A DNA stretch of 64,000 nt from Camelus ferus (GCF_009834535.1 NC_045697.1:114392001-114456000), one strand, 5' to 3'. Counted from the first letter of the stretch, positions 51,449 through 63,634 are shown. Numbers and translations are program-made. The notes: generated from the sequence alone by a model not told the origin.

Positions 51449-52818
51449 AAAGTGTCTGGTGGGTCAAAACATTTTACAAAAGCTGTAATAGAATAATGAC
51501 ACTTGATAATGCAATATTTAGAAATGGTAGGATTAGCTATAAAACCACAGCCCTACAAGAGATTTGCTAAGCAAGTGGTTTGTCCCTGTTTTGGGGGTTT
51601 CCCTTTCCTTTGGTTTTATATTCTCCATATTTGGCGTAATAACTTTAAACATATGCTTTGTGTATAAGTAGATATAATATGCTTGAGATTACTCAGAATA
51701 TTGTTATAGGCCAATAACAAAAGAAGAGTTGAGGAGGAGCTGTGGGGCTGAAAAACACAATGAAATTGCAAGAAAATGCAAATGAGGTAGACAAATAGCA
51801 CATTTATGGGCCTAGCAAATTTCTGAAACTAGTTTAACTCATTTTTCATTCTCCATCCACTTTTCAGTAAAGGTTTAAAAGGCTTTTAGAAAGTCAGGTT
51901 TCCATTGGGAATTTAACATATTTATTTTAACAATTGGCTAATTAGTAATAAAACTAAAATATATTATTGATGACCATCAGAAGCTCTGAAAAATACCACA
52001 AGTCATTGGAATTTGTTGAAGAGTGTTTTTGAACTGCTGAGTCTATTTACATATCCCAGGGTGCAAGCCAAATGATGGTCTATCAATAGCCCTTTTTCTT
52101 TTCAAACAATGCAAAATTAGATTATTGAAATATGAGTGAGATCCTGTGTCCTTGTCAGAAGAAACAGTATGTATATATCAAAGGAGCTTGACTCTACCAG
52201 TGGAATTCATTTCATGCTTTTCTTTTTCTTTTTACATAAAACAAATCGTCTTTAGATCTTCAGCTCATGGTACAGAGTGTTTGAAATGTTCGAAGTCATC
52301 CAGTGTTTACACTACCCTCTGGGCAGAAATCTTGTCCATATTCACAACAGAGCCATACATAAGCTGTCATTTCTCTCTCATTTACTGTTTAGAACCTCAC
52401 ACATAATCTCGAGTGGACAATTTTTCAACTCATGTCAGAAACGTCCACACAAAATTGCTAGTTTTATGGGATGTCTACTAGAACACCCCTGTTTCTCCTC
52501 CTTCAGGGTTTGGATACAGCTGAATGAAAGACATGTGGAACTAACCATAGAGACATCAAAGCATCACTGCCTTTACTAGTAAAGCTTTTGACAGCAAGCA
52601 GCTTAAGTCTGGAGAAGCAGTGGCTTGCTTCTTCTGTGTCGTGGACTTGAACTGAGTTATCTGGTCCCATGCAGCTTTCCCTGCTAAGCTGGGAATCAAA
52701 CTGCGAGCAGTAAGATGCAGAAAGCAGGAAACGACAGACCAAGTGTCTCCTCTCTGCCTTCCTCCCACTGTGTGTTATTAGAGGATGCCAGAGAGAAGCC
52801 TTGAGGGCTACTCTGGCT

Positions 52819-53462
52819 CAGTGGTTCTCTACCTGCGGTTCTGGGGCCAGCAGCTTGAGCTACTTGTGTTACCAAAGGCAAGTTCCTGTGCCCAACACAC
52901 CGTGAGGCCAAACAAACTGAAACGTTGGAGTTTGGAGCAAAGAAAGGTTGACTGCAGGGCCGAGCAAGGAAGGCGGGGTGGCTCATGCCCAAGAAAACTC
53001 TAAACTCCTGGAAGGGTTTCAGCAAAGCCCATTTAAAGGCAGGTGAGGGAGAGTGTCCAGGGTTACGGTCAACTTGTGCACAACCCTCTGATTGGTTGGT
53101 GATGAGGAAACAGGGTGGTCAACACCATCAACCCTCAGGCACCAGAAGGTCTGGGGGCCACATGCTCTCCATCATCAAGTAGTTAATTTCTTCCCTTTGG
53201 TGGTGGTTTTCAGCATCTGAAACACTCAGGAAATATACATGAGATACTATGATCTGGGCACTTCAGAGAGGAGCCGCGGCAGAGGGCGTGGGGAGGGGTC
53301 TGGCCCTGGAGGATCCCACAAGGTCCTGCTCCACTATGCTTGTTTTGAATGCAGATTCTCAGGATGCATACATCCTGAATCAGAGGCTCTGGTCATGAGG
53401 TAGGATGGTCTGCGTTTAAGGAACCCTCCTGATGACTCTAAGGATAAGGTTTGAGAACAATT
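52819..53462. mobile_element. MER5A-like MITE split by a solo LTR
   Basis: Left part cagtggttctctacctgcggttctggggccagcagc; right part aatgcagattctcagg..cctgaatcagaggctctgg..ggtttgagaacaatt. Confidence 0.75.
52867..53338 (-). mobile_element. ERV1-type solo LTR
   Basis: Begins tgttacc and is bounded by an exact TSD CTTG (52863-52866, 53339-53342). Contains ctgattggttggtgatgagg (CCAAT on minus). The terminal CA and the poly(A) signal look mutated. Confidence 0.85.
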
Positions 53463-53689
53463 ACTCAGCTGTTTGATTCCGGAGACATATGTGAAGTTGG
53501 GGTATAGGTTCTTCTTCATGTTCTCCAGCCTTACTCTTACTTTTGACTTCAAAGAAGCATACAGTGATCTCAGGAAGTGGCTCTTTCTTAGGAGGTTGAG
53601 ATCAGCCATGAGTCAGATCAATCCTGATTTGCTGCAGACCCCACTCGGGCTTCCTCCTCTTCCTCCGAGGACATCCCCTGACAGCTGAG

Positions 53690-54060
53690 CATGCAGGGGT
53701 TCGTCTCTCTTCCACTCTCCTTAGGACTTTATTGGACACAAGAAGCTTTATCCACTGCACTCAGGGTAGCCCGATTGTGCCAGGGACTGAATGCCCCCGG
53801 GGACAGCCCTTAACCAATGAGGGACACGAGTGATGGCTGAGAAGCCCCCTTCCCCCTCAGTGGGAAGATGCTCAGATGCATTCTACCTGATTCCTCAGAT
53901 GGTCCCCACTGGAACTGAGTCTTTTTGGTGCTGTCCTTTTTTTCCCCCTCTATCTTACTTTTCCTTCTCCTTCACTTGTGCTTCCTGGGATCACACCCCA
54001 AACTATTTGAACCTAAGTTCTTTTCTCAGATCTGCACTTGGGGACACTCATACTTAGGGA
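53690..54060 (+). mobile_element. ERVL LTR16-like LTR
   Basis: cagcccttaaccaatgaggg..gtgcttcctgggatcacacccca..tctcagatctgcacttgggg. Confidence 0.65.
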
Positions 54061-54739
54061 AGCTTTTAACTTACTGACTTTTGCTGCCCTTGTGTGGCCT
54101 GCCCTGAGAGCTAGAATGTTTGCTTTTAGAAGGCTTTGAAATATGATACAATAGTACATTAATTCATTTGAGGATTCTAGTCTTTCCCATGCTAAATTAT
54201 GTTCCGTTACACTGTTCAGTAGAGCTCTCCAGAGCTTCTGCAATTAGATTAAATCATGACATCAAGATACTCCAATTATGCCATAGCAAGATCATAGAGA
54301 TACTCAAATTTTAATATATAATCTAATTATTAAATTCCCAGAGAGAAGTAATACTTCAAAGATTAAAGTTTCAAAGAAATTAGTCCAAAGTGATTAATAC
54401 CCAAAATTAAATTCTCTGCCCTTGTGACATAAAGTCTAAAGAAAGTTGGAAAGTTTTAAGAACAATTAAAGTCTAAAGAATCAAGATCCTCCCTAATTTC
54501 TTATTATTTCTTGAAGTTTGTGGTTTTGGGATAACTTCAGCATCTCCATCCTGGGCTAATTCTCACTGGGTCTAAGTGATGCTATGTGTTTTCAAATGGC
54601 TGCACATATTCTTTATTTGTTATTTCCTGGAATTCTGCCTTCTGATGGATTACACAGTTTTCAGAATTCTATTTTTCCTCCACTAATCATTTATTGGCTA
54701 TACCTCTTGGCATGAATTTTAGGTGTAGCTGATTTATTT

Positions 54740-56620
54740 CTAATATACAACTTTAACTTATTACTATGTATCTTCAGATACTTTACCACTTCACATATAA
54801 AATAAGAAACTTGATACAGTACACTTTGACTCACCCCTTTTCATCTGTTGTGATAATATCATCAAACATTTTACTTCGATCATTATTCTTACTGTAATTA
54901 AATATCTTTCAAAGAATTAAAAAAAAAAACAAGAAAGCAAGACTTTTGCATTTACCCTTTCTGATTTCATGTAAATCCAAATTTCTGGATTTTCCTTCAG
55001 TCTAGTAAATATCATTTAACACCGTGCAGTTCAAGTCTGCTCCTGATACATTTTCACAGCCTTTGTTGTTTAAAGATATTTTAAAATTTTGTCTTCACTG
55101 AAGAATTATTCCTGCTGGAAACTGAATTTTGGGCAGATGGTTTTTTTTGTTGTTTTCGTTCAACACTTTTCACATGTTATCCTATTGTCTTTAGGCTTGT
55201 GTGATGTCTAATGAGAAGTCTGTTCTGTTTCTACTCTTTTTTCCCCATTTCTCTGGCTGCTTTTGTAATTTTCTCTTTTTCAATGGGTTTCAGCAATTTG
55301 ATTATGATATGCCTTAGTTTTATCTTCTCTACTTAGATTTATCCTGCTAGGATTGTTCAACTTGGATTTTCCTGTATGTTTTTTTTTCCAACAAATTTGG
55401 AAACAAAAATAATTGGCCATTCTTTTCAAATTGATTTCTGCTCTCTTCCTCCATTGGGAATCCAATTACAGATATGTGTTATTGCTCAATATTTTCACAC
55501 AGGCCCTAAGCTCTTTTCCTTTTATTTCTCTTTAATCTTTATTCTTACTGTACTTCAGTATAGATAAATTCTATTGCTCTGACTTCAAGGTAAAAATCTT
55601 TCTTCTGCCTGTCTAATTTGCTATTAATCCCAAACATAGTATTTTAAAAGTTTATTTCAAATATTATATTTTCAACTCTAGAAGTTCCTTTTTTTATAAC
55701 CTACATTTCTCTCCTCATGGTGTCTGTGCTTTTCTTTAAATCTTACAACCTATTCATGCCAGATATTTTAATTATTTCTTGCCAATTTCACCATCTCTAA
55801 AATTTTTGTCCCTATTGACTGATATTTTTCTCACATATGAGTCGAATTTTCTCTTATATTCTCATATCAGTTAAAATATTTTTTAAAATTGGATGAAGAA
55901 AATTGTTGAGGAAGATTTGCTGGACACTTTTGAGCAGTTTTGTTTTGACATTAATTTACCTGTATATCAGTTTGATATTTTAGATTTTTTTTCAAACTTC
56001 ATTTGAATATTTCTGGAGTAGCCTTTACATTAGTTTGTTTCCTCATCCTTCCAAGAAGTATTGTTTCTGGGGTCCCTATGAGCTCTCCAATCTGTTTACT
56101 CAGATGGGTCCCTCCAGTCTGAAGTCTGATTAGGTGAACTCATATGTCACCCATCACCGTGTAAACTCCTGGAACTTTTAGACTTTTAGCTCTCTGGGTT
56201 TATGTCTTGCTATAGCCACTGAATTTTGCCTGACTTTGTAGACTTTCATTCTATGCATTGAACCAAAGCTCCCAAAGACCCCTCTTCAGATTCCTGTAGC
56301 TCTTTGTCTACATATTTCTCTCCTTTATGGTGCGCTCTTCTATATATTACAGCTGCCAAGCTTTCTTGGCTTCTAGTATCTTTATCTTTAGTTCATTGAG
56401 ACCCTTCAGTTCCCCCTCCCTGCATCAGTGTCAGCTGAATGCCTTTAGGCTGATAGCTGAGGCAATGAGACAGCTTATCCCATTGTTTATTCTTTTTTCT
56501 CTTATTTTGGGGATCAGAGTGCTCTGCTGCTGGCTTCCGATGTGTGATAAAAGTTGCTTCACATTTATTCTATTTATGTCTGGTGGAGGACGCCTTATCT
56601 CTTACTCATTTTCATTATGA
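54740..56620 (-). mobile_element. Very old L1 (L1ME-like) ORF1/5' region
   Basis: gtctaatgagaagtctgttctg, tttcagcaatttgattatgatatgccttag and ttctattgctctgacttcaagg. Confidence 0.65.
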
Positions 56621-56968
56621 TCTCATATCTCATAGGAACCATTCTTAAAACTGAGAGGTTGTACTAATTAAAGTCTAGTTTTCTCATGACCCTCATGTGT
56701 AAAAGTTCTGAAAGTTAGTGAGGATGGTTAAGGTTGACAGCCTGAAGGCATATCAAATAAATTTTGAAATTGCAAGTAATACTTCTTTGTTCTCAGAGTT
56801 CAGTATTTAATTCTGCCAAAAGCCATGCCATGTACTCAGCAGTTTATGAAGGAAGGAGAATGACCAAAAAAAAGAGTTGGTTTTGCGGTGGCAAGATATG
56901 ATTCTTTTTTAATCAACTGCTTAAGGTTAAAGAACTTAGATTTAATTGATCAAAACCACACATAAATA

Positions 56969-57003
56969 GGGGGCATAGCTCAGGGGTAGAGCATTTGACT
57001 GCA
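56969..57003 (+). pseudogene. Tailless retropseudogene of the 5' half of tRNA-Cys(GCA)
   Basis: GGGGGCATAGCTCAGGGGTAGAGCATTTGACTGCA is the tRNA-Cys 5' end through the anticodon GCA. There is no 3' half and no poly(A). It is flanked by caaaaccacacataaatagg (56951-56970) and caaaaccacacagaaatagg (57002-57021), 19/20 identical. Confidence 0.9.
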
Positions 57004-57397
57004 AAACCACACAGAAATAGGTTAATTTTGTCACTGTAAATGGAGAAAACATGATTTGTTGTCTACCAGATAACTTCCTGTAGTTTTCTTTAGTAATAGA
57101 AGGCCAATTTTAGTGGGCCACCCACCAAAAACTGTGTTTCCCAGATCCCTTTGCAGCAAGATGTTGTCCTGTGACAAAGTGGTGGCCAGTGGTGTGTGAG
57201 GTAACTAGTGCATTTAATGTCTGAATTATGACCATAAAAGGAAAGATATGTGCCTTCCATCCTCTTTTTTTTTTTTTTCCTATTTCTGCTTTTTTTTGGA
57301 ATATGGGTCTGATGATGGTAGCAGGAGAAGCTATTTTTAATTTGGAGGAAGAAAATCATTTTTTGAAGATAGCAGAAGAACAAAAATAGATGGTACC

Positions 57398-57846
57398 TGG
57401 GTGGGGTAGACTGAAAATGACTTCACAGAAGCTAGTCACATCCTAATCCTCGGGACAGGTGAAGGCTACTTCATATGTGACAGGGGACTTGCATATGTGA
57501 TTCAGTTAAGGTTCTGAAGATAAGGATATTATCCAGGTAGTCTCTACGTGTAATTTATAAGGGTCCTCAGACAAGAGAGGCAAGAAAGACAAAGAAAGAA
57601 TTAGGACATGTGATGACAGAAGCAAGAAGTTAGAAGGATCTGATGAATGAGAATGTAGGTACAATTTTCACATCAGAAATTGCAAGGATGTGCATTTTTC
57701 CCTGGAGCCTCCAAAATGAACCAACCCTGCTGGCAGCTTAGTAAAACTGATTTTGGATTTCAGAAGTGTAAGAGAAGAAATTTGTGCTGCGTGAAGCCAC
57801 TTAAATTTGTGGTAATGTGTTATAGAGGCAACAGGAAACAGATACG
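57398..57846 (+). mobile_element. MLT1C/D-like LTR nested in an older MLT1 LTR (about 57080-57950)
   Basis: gtcacatcctaatcctcgggac..gtgattcagttaagg..ccctggagcctcca..gtggtaatgtgttatagaggcaacaggaaacagatac. The flanks carry older MLT1 motifs (tttcccagatccctttgcagc; cttgtttaagccacggtatttgg). Confidence 0.8.
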
Positions 57847-59659
57847 TTGAGTATGCAATAAGAGGAAGTGACTAAACCATCATTTGGCCACTGGCAAGGA
57901 CATGTACCTTGTTTAAGCCACGGTATTTGGTTCTCTGTGTGAAAACACCTTAATTGCATCCATGCTCTCAAGCCAGCATCCCTCTTTATAACACAGATCA
58001 GGACTTCTATCTTATTTAAGCCGCTGACTGTACTGTTGCTCTGTTTATTCCAGTAGTTTAAGCACCGTCCTTCCTTTCTGTAGGTAGGATGATTTCCTAC
58101 AGGAAACGTGAGAAATCAGCTTGATTTCAGTCCAGTTGGGGGTTGATAATGGGGCTCTGCTTCATGCAGTGATCGATCCAGGATCCTCTCTCTACAGTCC
58201 GTAATATCCTATAATTCAGCACTCCTGAATGTCCTTGCTCCGATCTGTGAACTATTTGTCATGAGATAAAGTATAGAAATGATGAATATGCTTTAAAATT
58301 TGTATAGTAAATCCATAGTGTTATACCATCTATGAAAGGGGTCCTATGTTCTGTAACTGCAGAAATTGAAGGGGAAAAAACATCTCCACCACTGTGGACG
58401 GTTTTAGAATCCCTTCCCAAGGCCTTAAGGTCTTCCACTGGATTGTCTGGGTTTGTTTCACAGACAACAAGAGACCATGTGTGAAGGACTTTGTGGGAGA
58501 TTTTAAAGAACAGGTCTTGTGGTAGCAGACAGCACTTTGGCCAGTTGACCAGGACGCGCATTTAGTGCTTTGTATTGTAAAGGAGTCTGAAAAAGGTAAG
58601 AGTTAGCTCTGGGCTCAGAAAGGAGAGGGAATACACTGAGCGTGCATCTGGCCTGATTGTGCCACAAGAGCTCCGTGTTCATAAACTTTCGGGGAGAAAG
58701 ATCAGACCCCGCAGGGTGCCACCTCTCTCAGAAGACAGTTAAGACAATCACCTTGTCCTTGGGAACAGGCCTTTGTGGACCAGGCGCCACACTGGGATTA
58801 CTTGCATTTGTGAAGCCAGGTCTATAAGGGATTACGCCGGAGCCCCACAGTGTTTCAGTTGGTGTGTATTCCCTGTCTGATTCTGAGACAAAAATTGAGA
58901 TGAATGTGCCTTCAGGGGCTGGTGCAGACCTAAAGCTCCCCTGAGCTCCACCATGTTTCATGTCCTCAGTGTGGAAGTTTCTAGACCCTATGCTGTATTT
59001 ATTTCTGCTACATTTCCCCCTGTATCTCATTCTCTCTTTCTCTTAGTCATTCCATTGTTTCTTTTAGGCGGGATTAGCCTCTTAATTTGGCTCTTTTGTT
59101 CTTCCTTTGGTTGGGAAGTATGCCAGAAGGAAGGGTCGGCCCTGTTTTTCACTGCTCTATGCTGCCTAGCCCAAACACTTATGTTCTCACGTATTTCTCT
59201 GTGTATTGCCCTGTGGGATCTGTCACAGTGAGAGATTGGAAAATATGGCACTTGGATCTGCCAAAAGCATTCATAAGTCAGACAAATATTTTCCACCTTC
59301 TCCTTTCTGATCTAAGTAATCCCACCCAAGGGCTTTACTTCCATTAGAACAGCATCTAACCCCTGCCCAGACTCGGTCCATCATGATCTTGCTTAGGCCC
59401 CTTTCGGTATGTTTCATCTTGGCTGTGGCTTCCCTTGGAGCCTTAACTCCACAGATTCCCTGGCTACGTGCCCTTGGGTTCGGAGGACAGCTCCGCCACC
59501 TCCTGCAGTCACTGCCACCTTACGTCCGGGGGTGCTGTGATCATTTCATACGCTCTTCTGTCTTTCTGACACATTTCCCCACAATTCGTGTGAACAGTTG
59601 ATCGAGATTTATGACGTGTTATTCTCATATTGGTGTATCCCCGACTTCACATTTATGAG

Positions 59660-60130
59660 GTCAGGTCACATGCTTCCCCTGCTGGAAATCCTACATTGGC
59701 CCCCAGTGTCACTCAGATTAAAAGTCGGTCTCTTAAACACCCATCAAGACTGTTGTGTTGTGATTTCGCAGTTTCTTCCTAGCCTGCTCCTCTCCCCCTT
59801 GCAAACTCCACTCCAGCTGCTCCTAATGCTCATTGCTGTTCTGGTCTTAAACATTGCAAGTTTGCCGTTGGCTGTTCCCTCTGCACGAAGAGACTTCACC
59901 AAACCCCTACAAGGCTGCCTTCCAACCACTTTCAACTCCTGGGTTCAATGTCCCTTTCCCAACGAAGCCTATTCAAACTAGACAATTTAGGAGTACCTCT
60001 GGTCCCCACCTTCCCACGCTCCCAGTCCCTCTCAGTTGTATTTATGGACAGCATTATCCCTTCCTAACAAGTTGTGTGCATCCTGAAATGCTGGTAATAC
60101 TGCTCTTTTCCTCATAGGTCAACGTCTTTG
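59660..60130 (+). mobile_element. LINE-2 3' region
   Basis: caggtcacatgcttcccctgctggaaatcctacattggcccccagtgtcactcagattaaaagtc..ttggctgttccctctgc. Confidence 0.7.
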
Positions 60131-60608
60131 AAATAGGGACACATTCTTCAAAGCATGGTTGTAAAAACAATGTGTCTATCAAGTGCCAACATTTTCTTCT
60201 TTGTTTGTGGCATGTAGATAATAGCATCTCAGATTTAGTTAAATAAGGTAAATACTTATTTAATATATTTGTAGTTCATTTTTGGTCTTTCCTCATTGGA
60301 GGAGAGTTCCTCTCTCTCTCTCTCCCCCTTTGCGTGCCTAAAGCAGTGCCTTTGAGCATCGTTATGACTCAGTATATCTTTGCTGAGTGAAGGCGCAGAG
60401 CAGATGGGAGGATGGATGTCGTTAGTTCCTGGTGCTGGATCCCTCTGCAGAGTCACGCTAGCCTGGTCTCTGAGATTTTTCCAACCCCCTCTGCTGTCAG
60501 ATTGCTGAGACCACCAATGGTTTTACTAAATACACAACCGAAGCGTTTCCTCTTTTTCTAATGATACTTGTTTTAAGAGAAGTTAGTCCTCAGAGCCATG
60601 TCTCCACA

Positions 60609-60993
60609 GTATGCATTTGTGTGTGTGTGTGTGTGCATGTATGTGTGTGTGTTTGTATGTGATGTATATATTTGTGTGTTTGTATGTATGTGCATATGTG
60701 TTTGTGCATGTTTGTGTGTATATGTGTTTGTGTGTGTTTTGTGTGCATTTTTGTGTGTTTATATGTGTATGTGCACGTGTTTGTGCATGTTTGTGTGTAT
60801 ATGTGTTTGTGTGTTTGTTTTGTGTGTATGTGTGTGTGTCTGTGCTATGTGTGTTTGTGTATGTGCATATGTTATTGTGCATGTTTGTGTGTATGTGTTT
60901 GTGTGCATGCATGTGTCTTTGTGTATATGTGTTTGCATGTATATATGTGTATGTGTATGTGGTGGGGTGTGTGTGTGGTGTGTGTGTTTGTAT
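60609..60993. repeat. Degenerate (TG)n/(TATG)n/(TTTG)n compound microsatellite, about 385 bp
   Basis: Near-continuous tgtg/tatg/tgca/tttg units. It accounts for the overlapping Cys/Val- and His/Thr-rich ORFs. Confidence 0.95.
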
Positions 60994-61984
60994 GGACATT
61001 AAGATCTAATTTTCTTTTCATTATCTGGTGGCTTCTCTGTCCTCTAAGATGTTTTCTTAAGTAAACCTCTCTCTCCAATTTAATCACTTTCTTCCTTTGT
61101 TTTGTTTTCCTTTGTTTTGTTTTCATTTTATATTACTGCTGTCCTGATGAAACATTAAAGAGTATATTTGAAACCACTTCAGGTCCTCCTTGACACTCTG
61201 AGCAAACCTCATTCTTAGAGATAATGAAGACATGGAGCTTTCACTGCTGTTTTTCGCCTTAGTTTCCATTGCTTTCATTGAGTTTTTTCCCTATCTGTCC
61301 CTTAAGATTTATTTCTCTAAAATAAGATACTTTTTACTTTGTATTTGTTGACAAATAAACATAAGAACAAAATATAATTTTTCTTTGGATGAAGACACAT
61401 TGTAAATCTCTGCGATCTCAGAGTCATGACCAGAGTTTATCTAAATAAGGAACCGAGGTCCTTGTTACCACCTAGCAGTGGGCCGGCCCCTGGGAGCCTT
61501 TGAACAAGCCCTTCCTTACAGAACTTAGCCCTCCAAGAGCCCTCCTTTTAACTAAAGGTAGTTGATGGAATCTGGGCAGTTTAGAACTGCCTACTTAGGG
61601 CCTGCTGCTAACAATTTAAAGCGATAACCTATACTGAACTCTTTGTAACACTAATGGAAATTAGCTTCCTATGCGTTCGAGAAAAAAAAAAAAAAACCCA
61701 CGAAAATGCTGTCTACAGACCTGGTTGAGAAACACAGGCAAAGTCACTTGCTGATACGTAAAAAGGCCCTACCTCTGCTTCCACTGTGATTGAAACTCCA
61801 GACCAAAGTGCACCCGCGTGATTCAAAATTGAACCATGACAGCCCTCACACAGGGCGAACTGTCTCCTGAGGTCTGTGTTTGGCACAGCTCTGCCTGCAT
61901 AACACAGCTTTTCACTTATGGAAGAAAATCATCCAATGGGTCAAGTCCAATTAGCCCCTATATTTGAAGCTTAAGCACCTCTTG

Positions 61985-62142
61985 GGAAGTGATGGAAATG
62001 TTAGCTATCTCTGTTGTGGTGGTGGTTTCACAGGTGTAGACATCTATCAAAATTCATGAAATTGTACATCTGAAATATGCGTCGTTTACTCTGTAGGAAT
62101 CATATCACCATAAAGGTGTTAAAATTAAAAAAAATAAATAAA
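61985..62142 (+). mobile_element. Old L1 (L1MC/ME-like) 3'-end fragment
   Basis: gtgatggaaatgttagctatctctgttgtggtggtggtttcacaggtgtagacatctatcaaaattcatgaaattgtacat plus an A-rich end. Confidence 0.8.
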
Positions 62143-62185
62143 TCCTCTTTAAAAACCAAGACTTAAACATAGAAAAAAAAGTAAG

Positions 62186-62339
62186 GAGGGAGAGGGCATA
62201 ACTCAGTGGTAGAGCACATGCTTAGCATGCACGAACTCCTGGGTTCAATCCCCAGTACCACCACTTAAAATAAATAAATAAATGAGCAAACCTAATTACT
62301 TCCCCTACTGGCAAAAAAATAATAATGATAAAAAATTTT
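62186..62339 (+). mobile_element. tRNA-derived SINE of camelid (Vic-1-like) type
   Basis: Pol III A box taactcagtgg (62199-62209), B box ggttcaatccc (62242-62252), tRNA-Ala-like body, aaataaataa..aaacctaattac(t)tcccc tail and an A-rich end. TSD aaaaagtaag at 62176-62185 and 62340-62349. The family name is recalled from memory. Confidence 0.88.
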
Positions 62340-63634
62340 AAAAAGTAAGTCAAAAAAAATAAGATAAAACTTAAGACCTAAAGCTACCTGGTAAGGCTAC
62401 AAGCATACAGAAGCCAACTTTTTGACTAGTATATATATATATAGAGAGAGACCATATATAAACCATAAATTTGTTTATTTATATGTATATAAATAAAAAT
62501 ATCAGCCCCAAAGAATATATCAATCAGAGTTAAGTTACTCACTGGAGGCATTCAAAATCTATGATTTTTTGTTAACCACAGATGCTCCTTGTGAATTTGT
62601 CAAGGTTTCCTAAAGCCTCAGATGTTGGGCATTTAGGAAAGCAGTAAATGATGCTCCTCCAGACGTCAGCAGGGAAACGGGGCTGAATCACTGATGGTCT
62701 CATAGGGTCAAGAGAGCTGAGCAGACCCGGAATGTGAGAAGAGATGGGCAGACTGTACCCTGTCTTTCTCAAAATATACCAAGCACTTGCTTTTTCTCTC
62801 CTCCCACTTAGGGACTTAATAAGGGCTGGGGAGAGACACAGTCCTCTGCTTGAATCGAAGAGATGTGTACAGTCAATCTGTTGTTTACTGGAACAAATCT
62901 CTCAGTTACATGACTCATTCTCAGATACTACTGTTCTCTGTTCACCTACGATTGATTCTCATCTAAATTCATTCAACCAGAATTCTTTTATGGTATCAGT
63001 CAATATACCATATGCACTTCTGTGTGTAAATGGATGCATTCAGCCTTGTTTTTGACATTACACAATTATTTGCCTTCATGAAATTTCAGTCTGCGTATGC
63101 CTGCGTGCATATTGAAATTGGAATGACGTGGTTTAACCGGACTAGTTTACACGGGTTGGTGGGTGTGCTATGTCATAGACAACTTCTGTGCACACGAGTA
63201 CTGGTCATGTTACAGAACACTCATGAGGTGGCCAGCACTGAAAGAACTGTATAATGACTAATTAACGTAATGACACTTGTATAACAAGAAAGTCGAAAGA
63301 AGGTTAATGTGATAATGAGGCTTATTTGATCTTAAAGATTTAGCATGAGGGCACTCTCAAGATAGCTTAATAAGGTTTTAAGCACCTTTTGCAATTTGCG
63401 TGTGTACTTGTTAATCCATATGGTCCAAAAATGAATTTCACTTCATTTAAATTAATGAATTTCTCTAATCCCTTTCCCTTTTCTCTTGAAACAACAAGAG
63501 TGCACTTTCACTCCTATTGGTGACGGTGTTTCCTTGAGGTCTTCACTGAGTGTGCGTTACTTATGACTTTTTTTTTTTTTATTATGCTTAAACTGGAGCT
63601 CACTTCAATATAGGACAACACTTAAAAATGGCAA

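Noticed and set aside
56969..57003. Functional tRNA-Cys gene
   Set aside because: Only the 5' half is present. There is no T arm, B box or 3' acceptor strand.
60583..61126. Five overlapping 84-138 aa ORFs rich in Cys/Val or His/Thr
   Set aside because: They are translation artefacts of the TG microsatellite.
62191..62262. Functional tRNA-Ala gene
   Set aside because: It has a SINE tail and TSD and an imperfect cloverleaf, so it is a SINE.
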